Source: Albugo candida
Lineage: Eukaryota
Reading direction: 5' to 3'
Length of the DNA: 64,000 nt
Assembly (NCBI GenBank): GCA_040437565.1
Contig: JBDOQK010000002.1
Location: forward strand, 682,001-746,000
In this document: positions 50,831 through 61,132 of the stretch, piece by piece
Layout: the number at the start of each line of letters is the position of its first letter
Numbering within the stretch: the first letter of the stretch is position 1
Notes under the pieces: generated by a model
Databases searched by the model: none
Seen by the model: the letters and a program-made list of their open reading frames with translations, nothing else
Told to the model about the DNA's origin: nothing
Translations under genes and position numbers: made by a program

Positions 50831-52129
50831 TTACATTATTGCACATCTCATTCCCCCTGCTTCTGATTGCTCCACAAGTGAACCATCGCTTCCTTGCTCG
50901 CTCATTGTAAAAATGACTCGTTTTCGAAATACTTCCACTTTGTTAGTGATGACGTCAATATGATGTGTATAAGTATTTCGACATAGCTTGCGATAGAAGA
51001 ACTTGACGGTATGCGGCATGAGACTTATCCATTCGGCTTGCTCGCTTGTCCCTCCCCACACTTTTGATCGTTCAATGATCCAAACAAGAACGATAAATTT
51101 GGACTTCAAGCTTTTCAGCAAACGTGGTAATACGTAAGCCTGAAAAGTGGATTTGGTAAAAGCCTGACGCATTGCTGGTTCCAATTGTCGCTCTTCTGTA
51201 TTCAAAACGCCCTGAAGTGTGGTTCCCAATTCATAAAAATTTCTTCGAAAAAGCTCCAATTCGAGTATCCAGAGCGTCCAATTGTTTCGTTTCGGCATTG
51301 AGGTTAGAACATTATACTGGGCTTCCATTCGGAGATACTGAGCGTCCAGTGTGCCATACATTTGTTTGATATTTTCTTTCATTGTTGACCGCAATTGCGG
51401 TAAAAGTGGGAATAATATGGCGGATTTGGAATGGTGTTGTGCCTTCATAAATGTACTTAAAGCTGAACGAAAAAATGAGATGATTTCGTGAACCAACTGC
51501 TGTATACTTGGGAGGTGTTTTTCCAATTGATTTGCATCCAATTCAGTTGGTAAATGTTTGAAAAAACTGTCTATTACAAAAACAGCATGTCGAAGAGGTT
51601 CATGTATCCCAAGCAGAAACTTGGCCGACCAGCTTAGAGCATAGACTGCTTGTATTGAGAACACCGGAGAGAAAACAAGGACGGAGCCATCGCTTTTCTT
51701 ACTCTCTACGGGCGATTGTATTGGGAAGCATGATATTTTTTGCTCACTTAATGGAAGAGATTGTGTTCGACGGAATGTGGACGGTGAGATGTGATTTGGA
51801 TCGTTCAATTCATTGTGCATAGAAAGCATTTTAACGGTCAGAACGCTTTTGGTGGTATTCGAAGGAGCAAAGGGCTCTAAATCTATAACTATCTCATCAA
51901 TTGGACTCGCCCAAATGTTATCATCAGCCATACTTTCAGAGATCGATTTGGGTGAAGCGTATTGAGTCCGAAAATCCGATTGTTTTGAGTATATATAGGC
52001 GATCTGAGAAATGTCGATGTAATAAGGACCAAGAGACTCGTTTCTCCAATGCTTCGTGGATGTTGGGGAGATCCATAGGTTTGTGTATATGTCTAAAGCA
52101 TTGGAAGGTATTGCGGACGAAGGGAACAT
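50831..52129 (-). CDS. Hypothetical protein with a degenerate hemerythrin-like helical domain and C-terminal CaaX (CAIM)
   Basis: 432-aa intronless ORF. HEPLRHA, QHHSKSAILFP and LNTEERQLEP follow hemerythrin helix spacing; the protein ends RCAIM*. Confidence 0.6.
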   Translation of the reverse strand: MFPSSAIPSNALDIYTNLWISPTSTKHWRNESLGPYYIDISQIAYIYSKQSDFRTQYASPKSISESMADDNIWASPIDEIVIDLEPFAPSNTTKSVLTVKMLSMHNELNDPNHISPSTFRRTQSLPLSEQKISCFPIQSPVESKKSDGSVLVFSPVFSIQAVYALSWSAKFLLGIHEPLRHAVFVIDSFFKHLPTELDANQLEKHLPSIQQLVHEIISFFRSALSTFMKAQHHSKSAILFPLLPQLRSTMKENIKQMYGTLDAQYLRMEAQYNVLTSMPKRNNWTLWILELELFRRNFYELGTTLQGVLNTEERQLEPAMRQAFTKSTFQAYVLPRLLKSLKSKFIVLVWIIERSKVWGGTSEQAEWISLMPHTVKFFYRKLCRNTYTHHIDVITNKVEVFRKRVIFTMSEQGSDGSLVEQSEAGGMRCAIM

Positions 52130-54302
52130 TTTCTTTAATGTTACCTGTCTACCTGTCGTTGAGGTGAAGGGGCGATGTTTGTGAGTGAAGTCTACTGCTA
52201 TGCTTCCATTACGTCATATGCTGCCTGAGCATTACTCGCGATTCAGAATAATACCCTCTTTCGATAGTACTATCTAACATCTTTGTCGTTCTTCACTGAA
52301 CACAATAGAAAGTATTGTGCAAGGTTTTGGAATATTACATACGACAGCCAACAGAAGACTGGATTACAAACCCTGTGGTAAGGAGAAAGATTTGATTGGC
52401 ACAAACAATAGCTATGGGCCTACTGATTGGGTAATCGGATTTATAAGCGAGTTGGGAGTGAGCGAATTGTCACCCGGAATCTGGATGTCTAGTCCTCCCA
52501 TTACATACAGTCACTCAGTGAATGCACTTTTGTGTCTGAAATCATGGCGGTGCGATATTATTGGCCATTTTGTGCTTCAAAACCTAATTATGATCAATAT
52601 TAAGTGACGTGCTGAATTGGGTCACCAGACTTTGGTAGAAATTCAGTATCATGCAACGCTGATCCTAGTCTTGGGCTGCAAAACGTCTTACGACCAAATT
52701 TACTAGGAAAAGCACATGTGAAGTCTGATTCTTTTCGAGAACCAGTTGCACTTGTCGATGGAGGACTAGGTTTTTTGGGATCGATGTGAATTGGACGTGT
52801 ACATTTGGTATGCCATGCGCCGACCTACCTCTCTGTCTACATGCTTTGAAGTCTTGGTCCCACTGACTACTACTAACTCTATTGCCATACAACAGCCAGC
52901 GAGCTTTGCAAACACATTAAGAGATTTGAATAATTCGCGTGCACCCTCTTCATGATTGCTAGCTAGGAGTATATATCACGACGCAGCAGTCCTGATACTA
53001 GTCCAAAAACATTATGTTTTCCTCTCTCGGATAGATACAGACCCTTTAAGCCCTATGAATCGCATATTATCACTTTCACATGGCCCGATTGCCAAGTGAC
53101 CGGCTATCTTTCAGCCAAATAATCTCAATGGCAACATAGTGTGCGACTCACTCCCGATAGTTCTGCGAAGAATCAAACTCGAATACAACGAGAACATTAC
53201 TTCTCGGCATAATTACAGCAATTCACTCGCAAGTTCAAATTCAGCCAATCACAATCAAATATCTGCTANNNNNNNNNNNNNNNNNNNNNNNNNNNNNNNN
53301 NNNNNNNNNNNNNNNNNNNNNNNNNNNNNNNNNNNNNNNNNNNNNNNNNNNNNNNNNNNNNNNNNNNNTCGACTTTGTCATCACAATTGAGAAAGATTGA
53401 AATGTTTCGAATTTGAATCTAAATGTTGCCCATCTAAATGTCAACATAGACATGATTGAGCAGGGACTGTCGCAAAGTATGGAACAACGCACCAGCAATG
53501 CGTATTGGCTTGAATCCTGGTATATATAATAGAGTAAGATGATGGCAGTGAACTAAAATGGATTGATACTCGCATCCCTCTCTAAATAGTATCTTCACTT
53601 TAGTGTGACGACCAAAGAAAAACGCGAAATTGTGTTGTGATGTCAAAGGAATGCTTAGTCTTTCGCTCCGAACATGGAGCGATGCTGTATCTTATGAATA
53701 CTATTGCCCAAGCAGTTATTTCGATAGAAATCGCGAAAGTAATTACGTGTTGTAGTCGTCATTCATGTACCTACACTTCGATTTTCATGGGTGGGAGCAA
53801 TATGTTTTTTCCTCAAAAAAGAAAGATTTAGAAGACTAATTATGGAAAAGATTAGATGCGCAATTGCTTGTGTTCAATTCTTAAACCCTTTTACCGTATC
53901 CAGTACGCTGCAGTACTTTTATCGCTTCAGAAAAGTTTCTTTAGATGTGGGCACAGATTTTAGTGTGTTCTTAATATTATCGGAAATCCAGATATTGCGC
54001 GATCATAAAGCTTGTGTCCAGTATGAGGCCACATGTCTGTTAAACTCCTTTCTGCGGATTGGCTAATAAGCGGGACCGCAATATAACTCATCAGGCGTTT
54101 TCACGCGTGGCTTTTATAACCCATCGAATAAAACACATTCGAATTTCCTCGTTACGGTGGATCTAGGTCCTTAATAAAAGCTTGTGAGTTTTGGGCTGCC
54201 GGAGGGTTTACTACTCTCAGTTTATGTTCGATTTATAACCGAGCTATCTACACGATTGCCGAAACGCTGATTATTAGCCGCGATCTGGAAGATTCTAAGA
54301 GC

Positions 54303-56788
54303 ATGACAGAAGATGACGATATAAACTCACAAATACACTCCTCACAGGAAGTAAAAGAAATGAGCGCTCCTGCAAGTTCAGTGAATGAGGATGATGATTC
54401 TTCCACCTGTGGATCCTCATCCTCTTCAGACTCATCTGATTCTGAGTCCGACAAAGAGGATGAAGCTGAGAATGCAGAGTCTACACATACGGATGAGACC
54501 CTTACATCTAACGGAAATGACGCAGTCCCATCTTCTGGCTCTAATTTGCCCACTCGCTCACAATCTTCAACTTCAACTCCGCACACAGAAAGCAATCGCT
54601 TGCGCAATGTCAATTCCAATCGTGCGGCGGCGCGTTTCCGTCAGCAGCAAAATGCGGAATTGGGACTCATGGCTCTTGGTACAAAGAAGCGCGATCGTCG
54701 GACAATTGAAGAGATACAAAGAGACATACAAAAGAAACGCGGGAAAACCACTTGTGGAAATAATGGAAATTTACAAAATAGTAAAGTGAAGAAAAGCACA
54801 TTGAATAACTCGCCAGCTCTATCTTCCGACTCAGGTGTGGAACCAACGACAGTGTTATCATTGAATGCGTCGAGTTATAAAATGCCAAAGGGGAAAGCCA
54901 ATTCCGCTCGTTCTCGGCTAGCAATGAAAGTATTTGGACGTGGGGGACGATCAAGCTTGTTCAATAATGCGAAAACGAAGAAAAATGCACCAAGTACAGG
55001 AACAACAGGCATTGTTACAAATATCTCGGCCGGAACAATGAAGAAAACGACCGCAATCAGTGACAGTAATGGTAAGTGATACATGTTGAATTTTTCCAGA
55101 AAGCGGAAGCAAATTTGTACTGATCTGTAGATTCGAAAGGAGATCGAGCAGAGAGCATTGATACTGAGAAAATGGATCGTCAGGTTTTGCCTGAATCGTC
55201 CAGAAATGAAAGTGTCAAGAATGTGCGATGTCTTTTGAGAAGTATGTTGCGATATGGTGATCTGGGTGAGATGAATCATTCTCTAGGGGACGCCAAGACA
55301 TTCGCTGACGAATATAAGCTCCCTAATTTTATTCATCGGTCAAATTTGTGTACAGTGACAAAATTGTCGGAGGAGAAGCTTTATAAGTGGGCAACTGACA
55401 TCACAGAACTGGCACAGAAAGCGATTGAGAAAAACCAAGATGTTGGCAAATTTATGGACGTGGAAATATGCCCGAGCCAATTGATCGCACGACTGTATGA
55501 CAACCTTAAATTACGAGTCGCAGTCCAACGAGCACTCCGTGATGCAAATTGTGCGAAGCCAGCTGCCGGGGGTATGCTGACAAATGGAGCCTACGTTCTT
55601 GTTGCAAAGCAGAGCGATCATTCGGTTCTTAATATTGCCAAGGACTGTCAGGCATGGCCATGGGCAGAAAAAGAGCATGAATGGAACGAGAAGAAAGATA
55701 TTGCGCTTTTACTGGGCATATATGTGCACGGATTTGGTTGCTGGGAGGATATTCTGAATGATGATCTCTTGCATTTTCACAAACAGCGAGCACTCAAAGG
55801 TGATCGTCTCCGGAAGCGTGCAGAAAATCTAATGAAGAAACTTCCTCCACCTGATGGAGTTGTGGACCCCATCATTGTCTACAAAGCGTATGCTTTATTA
55901 TCTGATAATTCTCCAGCTTCATCATCCCAACCGCAACAGCAGCCATCGGAAACCTTGGCCACAGCAGTCACCAATGCAAACAACAAGGGACGTACGCAGT
56001 TGCAACGTACTAATGACAAGATTAGCGCCAAGACTACTAGCGCCGTCGTCGCAGAGGTCATGCCAATAGAGAAGAAGAAAGATCTCCCATTAGACCTCCA
56101 AGTCAAAGGAAAGAGAAAACGATCCGCGTCGTCTTCTCCTACTGCAACAATTTTCTCCTATTCGGACGAAGGGAATTACAAAATTATAAGTGATCACGTC
56201 GATGAAGCAGGTTCAGATGCACATAATATGCACCCTACTCCATCTTCTCCTATTGCGAAAGCTGCTAAGGACGTGGACACAACCAAAAGCAATAAACCCA
56301 AGGAAGGAGCACATAGAAGGACAGAAAAAATCAGCGCTGAACCACAGGAAGTATTTGAGTACCTTCCTGCTTTGACATTTGAAGAAATGGTTGAAAAATG
56401 GAATCCTACTAAACAAATGAAGGATATCCGACAAGTGCTCAAAAAAATCAGAATTATGGCAGAGTGGTCCAAGACACGGCAAGATGATCTCGTGGTGGAA
56501 AAGATGCTGAAGTATGTGATAGTAATTGGCTCAGCAATCGATCATTTAGTGTTTGAGAGAATGGAGCAAAGCACTCACTCACATAAGAACAAAAAACATC
56601 GCAAAGAAACCGAACGCACAGACTTGAAATCTGAAGTGTCTCCAGAATGTGAAAAGGAATTGGATGAATACTCAACGTGTTTATGGACTTATGCAGCCAG
56701 CTTTACTCCATTTACTGCAGTCCAGTTCGAGCAATTATACGATGACATGTGTGCAGACGCAACCACAACTCGTCAGCGGGAAAAGTAA
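54303..56788 (+). CDS. CHD1-like C-terminal protein (SANT-SLIDE DNA-binding domain plus CHCT/DUF4208-like domain) without chromodomains or ATPase, 2 exons
   Basis: Intron 55072-55130 joins ORFs 54303-55079 and 55172-56788 in frame. Motifs VRCLLRSMLRYGD, WNEKKDIALLLGIYVHGFGCWEDILND..L, LRKRAENL, and IGSAID...LWTYAASFTPFTAVQFEQLY. Confidence 0.78.
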
Positions 56789-56862
56789 AGCGATCTGCGT
56801 AAAAATAGCAACAGAAGCTTTCGTCTCAGCTCGAAAATCTTTTGAAACGTCGTCTGATTATA

Positions 56863-58253
56863 ATGCTGGAAACACTTACGGATAAAGAATTAGAGCTGAA
56901 AAGATCTGTTCAAGAAACCTTGCAGACTCAGGGAGTTTTGGCTAAGCTCAAAGTAAGAGACAATTGAATTGTTTCTTTGGTCAGAATTGTGATCTTTTCG
57001 TTTACGATCTCAGGCTGAATTGCGAAGCGCTGTGTTTCAAGTTTTACAACAACAGAATGTGCAATCGAAAAGCGTTAAGACATGTCGACGAAGAGAGAAA
57101 CTCATCGCTGAGAATGCTCGCGAGTACGCAGTGAGTTTGGAATTGTGTCTTGACTTTCTAAAAAGCTTGGAGCTGGATCACACTTTTTCGGTTTTGAGGA
57201 CTGAGGCAAATTGCAGTGAATCCGTACGTGAGATAGTAACAATGCAGAAACCCTTAAACTCACATTTTTTTTCGGTTGAGGGGTTATAAAGGACAGCAAT
57301 GTGGTGAATTACAGACGACATCTTTTGCAGGAGTTCAAGCTGCCTTTAACAGCAGAAAGTTGTGAGAAACCGGTGTTATTCGACCTTATGAAGACATTCT
57401 GGACTCTTCCAGCAGAGAACCAGCAAAGTGTACTGGAGGGTAAAGCCACAGATCACATATTGGAATATGAAGTGCATCCGTCAAGTGGAGAAGATTCCGA
57501 TAGCGCTCATAGCGATACCGCGCCTGAGATCTTGTCGGCAGCATCAACAGTCGATTGTAGCGAAAGAGAAAACAAGTCAACAAAATTATCAGCATTCATG
57601 CATCATGGCTATCTTGGAAACATGACCAAAGCCGATGACGTCAACACACGCAAAGGAGATAAAGATCAAGTTGAAATCGTAAGCTTCTTGAAAATATCTT
57701 GCTATTGATTCTTAGCACTTGCAAACTATAGCGTGAGGACGAAGAAGTCAACGACGATGACGAACATCAACTTGGCACACTAGATGCAAAACTACAAGCT
57801 ATGGAAGCCGAGGATGAGACTGGCATCCTGGAAAAGCTACGCGCGACATTACTAGTTGATCAAGATAGAGCAGAAGATCCGGATTCTGAGTCAGACTCAA
57901 GTAAAGTACCATCACACAATATCACGGACTCGAACCTAAAACCATCAGCGAGAAAAGACTCTGTCGACCAAGACGCCAATTATGGTAGTGATTTCGAAGA
58001 GGAAGAGTTTGAAGAGGAAATTGCGAGGTGCGCCTCCCCTGAAAACACATGAAAGCCTTGTCTGACTGCTTGTCTATCTACCAGCGAGATCTCCGAAGCA
58101 TCGAGTCTTGAACAAGCTTCTCAAGCTTCCGTGATTTCGGAGCGTGATGCAGAGCTTGTCGAGCAGATTCAAAAAGATAAAGTTGTGCTTGATGAAATCG
58201 CCTTACAAAGCTACGATTACATTGAAGCAATTGAGCATCCTCATACACTCTAA
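56863..58253 (+). CDS. FOP/CEP43 (FGFR1OP)-like centriolar LisH protein, multi-exon
   Basis: ELKRSVQETLQTQGVLAKLK|AELRSAVF, LCLDFLKSLELDHTFSVLRTEAN (LisH), acidic tail ending YDYIEAIEHPHTL*. Confidence 0.75.
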
Positions 58254-58932
58254 CTACGACGCGTCAAAGCCTGAGCCAGCTTCTCATTAGTCATACATTC
58301 TGGATGGATGAAATAATGCTTGGAATTCGCCTGGAAAGTTCTCATGGGATGCATTGAAGATGCTGGTGGCCTTACTGCAGATAGAGGAAATCGCGTCTCC
58401 TGAATCCCACCAAAGAGCGTGACTGTATTGACTGTGAGCATCGTATCCGGAGAAAGCTCATTTGCTTGTGGCGTCATCCACATCTTCAAAATGTATGGCT
58501 TGAACAAAACTTGAAACAAAGTTGTGGTACCAATTCCGAAAATCTGCAAAGGATCACGAAATTGGAACAGGAGAGGTTATAAGACATGGCACATTACCAT
58601 AATGGTACCGCACATGGCCCACTGCACAACGAGGAGTAAGCTTTTTGATTGAGATGAAAAGGGATGGAGACAAATACCTTTGCGACCGGAGAACGGGAAA
58701 CCTGATTCACGAGACATAGCGTTGGCATACCGATTGATGTGAGGATACATGAAGTGATAGAGACGCCTTTCATCACACGCACGGCGCGTGCCATGGGAGC
58801 GGAATACACCAAGACTGAGTCTGTCTCATTGTTAATTGTGGAAAGTGCACTGGCTCCTAATTGGATCGAGTTCGTAAGTCTGATTCCGTATTGTCCAATG
58901 TGTGAAAGTTTTCTGCGGGACAGAGCAAACAT
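58250..58932 (-). CDS. TMEM70-like mitochondrial membrane protein (TMEM70/186/223 family), multi-exon
   Basis: Presequence-like MFALSRRKL, VYSAPMARAVRVMKGVSITSC, IFGIGTTTLFQVLFKPYILKMW, PMRTFQANSKHYFIHPE. Confidence 0.7.
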
Positions 58933-59054
58933 GTGGTTATGAATTGATTTCGAGNNNNNNNNNNNNNNNNNNNNNNNNNNNNNNNNNNNNNNNNNNNNNN
59001 NNNNNNNNNNNNNNNNNNNNNNNNNNNNNNNNNNNNNNNNNNNNNNNNNNNNNN

Positions 59055-59210
59055 AGTCTGACTTCAAACCTAGGGAGGCAGATATTTTCCAAGCTTATTG
59101 CTTGGGTGGGCTCAAACCGCTGCCCACACTGCCGGGAATCGAACTAACGACCTCCGGCAGGGGCTCCGTGCGCTCAAGTGATTAATCGACTGAGCTGGGC
59201 ACGGAGACCC
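59055..59210 (-). mobile_element. tRNA-derived SINE-like or structured Pol III element; 3' end runs into an assembly gap
   Basis: Minus strand has an A-box-like CAGCTCAGTCG and a perfect B-box GTTCGATTCC (59135-59144), four adjacent hairpins, and a diverged copy at 16591-16703. Confidence 0.7.
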
Positions 59211-59897
59211 ACTTTATTCATATATGTTGGATACGCCATAGTTTCAGCACTGGCGAGCCTTTTCACTTGACGAAAGTACGATGTGTCTTGTAGAAAAGGA
59301 GTCGGATGTGGTACACGCATAAAGGCAAGTTTGCATGAGCCAGAGGGTCGTGGACCTTGTCCATCGCTCTAGTAAGTCATTCTCACTTTGTATGTGACGA
59401 GCATCAATGCACGTGGAATTGACATTCGAAAGTGGATCTGGTCTGAAGAGAAAACTTGATTGTGCTTCATGCTGATTGGATGCTTACAGTCGGAGATGTG
59501 CACTCGCGAAAGTGATTCGATTTTTCATCACCGGGAAGAGTGTTTAGGGAATCATTCATTTTGTATCAAAACGATGCTTTACTGTAAAGCACAGTACAAA
59601 ACGTCTAAAAAAGCAGAATAGCAGAATAACTCGCGACATACAGTACTTGAGTGTCAAGGTTCTTCGACCCACTTCCATGTTTTGCTCCCGTTTTGCGTTT
59701 TTTAATCATTTATAATTGTGGCTGCAATCATTATACACACTTTGAGTTGACTTTCTTACCACTCCGGGGTGTACCACTACTATAGATCTGATTTAGANNN
59801 NNNNNNNNNNNNNNNNNNNNNNNNNNNNNNNNNNNNNNNNNNNNNNNNNNNNNNNNNNNNNNNNNNNNNNNNNNNNNNNNNNNNNNNNNNNNNNNNN

Positions 59898-60428
59898 TTG
59901 ACGAAAGTACGATGTGTCTTGTAGAAAAGGAGTCGGATGTGGTACACGCATAAAGGCAAGTTTGCATGAGCCAGAGGGTCGTGGACCTTGTCCATCGCTC
60001 TAGTAAGTCATTCTCACTTTGTATGTGACGAGCATCAATGCACGTGGAATTGACATTCGAAAGTGGATCTGGTCTGAAGAGAAAACTTGATTGTGCTTCA
60101 TGCTGATTGGATGCTTACAGTCGGAGATGTGCACTCGCGAAAGTGATTCGATTTTTCATCACCGGGAAGAGTGTTTAGGGAATCATTCATTTTGTATCAA
60201 AACGATGCTTTACTGTAAAGCACAGTACAAAACGTCTAAAAAAGCAGAATAGCAGAATAACTCGCGACATACAGTACTTGAGTGTCAAGGTTCTTCGACC
60301 CACTTCCATGTTTTGCTCCCGTTTTGCGTTTTTTAATCATTTATAATTGTGGCTGCAATCATTATACACACTTTGAGTTGACTTTCTTACCACTCCGGGG
60401 TGTACCACTACTATAGATCTGATTTAGA
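59898..60428. repeat. Gap-flanking duplicate of 59267-59797; probable assembly overlap
   Basis: Same sequence at offset 631 across gap 59798-59897. Confidence 0.9.
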
Positions 60429-61132
60429 CTCAAGTCAACGACTCCGTCCCATTCATATTACGGACTGGAACCATCCAACGACCGTGACAATACCTATACG
60501 TGGTAATTGAGTCACACCGTATACGGCAGTCACCGGACCTATCACTCCACTACTATCGATTAGTTGAATGACAACAAGGTTGCGTGGACTTTCGTCATCG
60601 GTATTTTCAGCATAAGGTGTCATGTCTTCGAGTACACCCATGTCAGCCAACTCCGTAACACCACACGATTTAGTTTCTGGGACGCTGTCACATCAGTATA
60701 CTATGTCAATGAGAAAATCTATGAATATACGTACTACGCAACATTGTCAACAACCAATGAGTCAACCACAACAAGTTTTACATATCGAAGCGTATCAACA
60801 TGATCGTAGTGATACACATCGTATACAACACCACGACCATCATCATATTCGTGCGCAACATAATGAATCGCATGTACATCCATCAATGGCAATGAATGTA
60901 AATGAATTAGCAATGCGTATTTATCCTCAATCGCTTACCACTCCTATCACAATGGCAATGACNNNNNNNNNNNNNNNNNNNNNNNNNNNNNNNNNNNNNN
61001 NNNNNNNNNNNNNNNNNNNNNNNNNNNNNNNNNNNNNNNNNNNNNNNNNNNNNNNNNNNNNNACTATCGATTAGTTGAATGACAACAAGGTTGCGTGGAC
61101 TTTCGTCATCGGTATTTTCAGCATAAGGTGTC

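Noticed and set aside
52317..52607. Copia RNase H relic (WVIGFISELGV)
   Set aside because: Only one weak motif; the expected EAEY and DN motifs are absent.
59129..59210. Functional tRNA gene
   Set aside because: A/B-box-like motifs are present but no acceptor stem or anticodon arm can be drawn.
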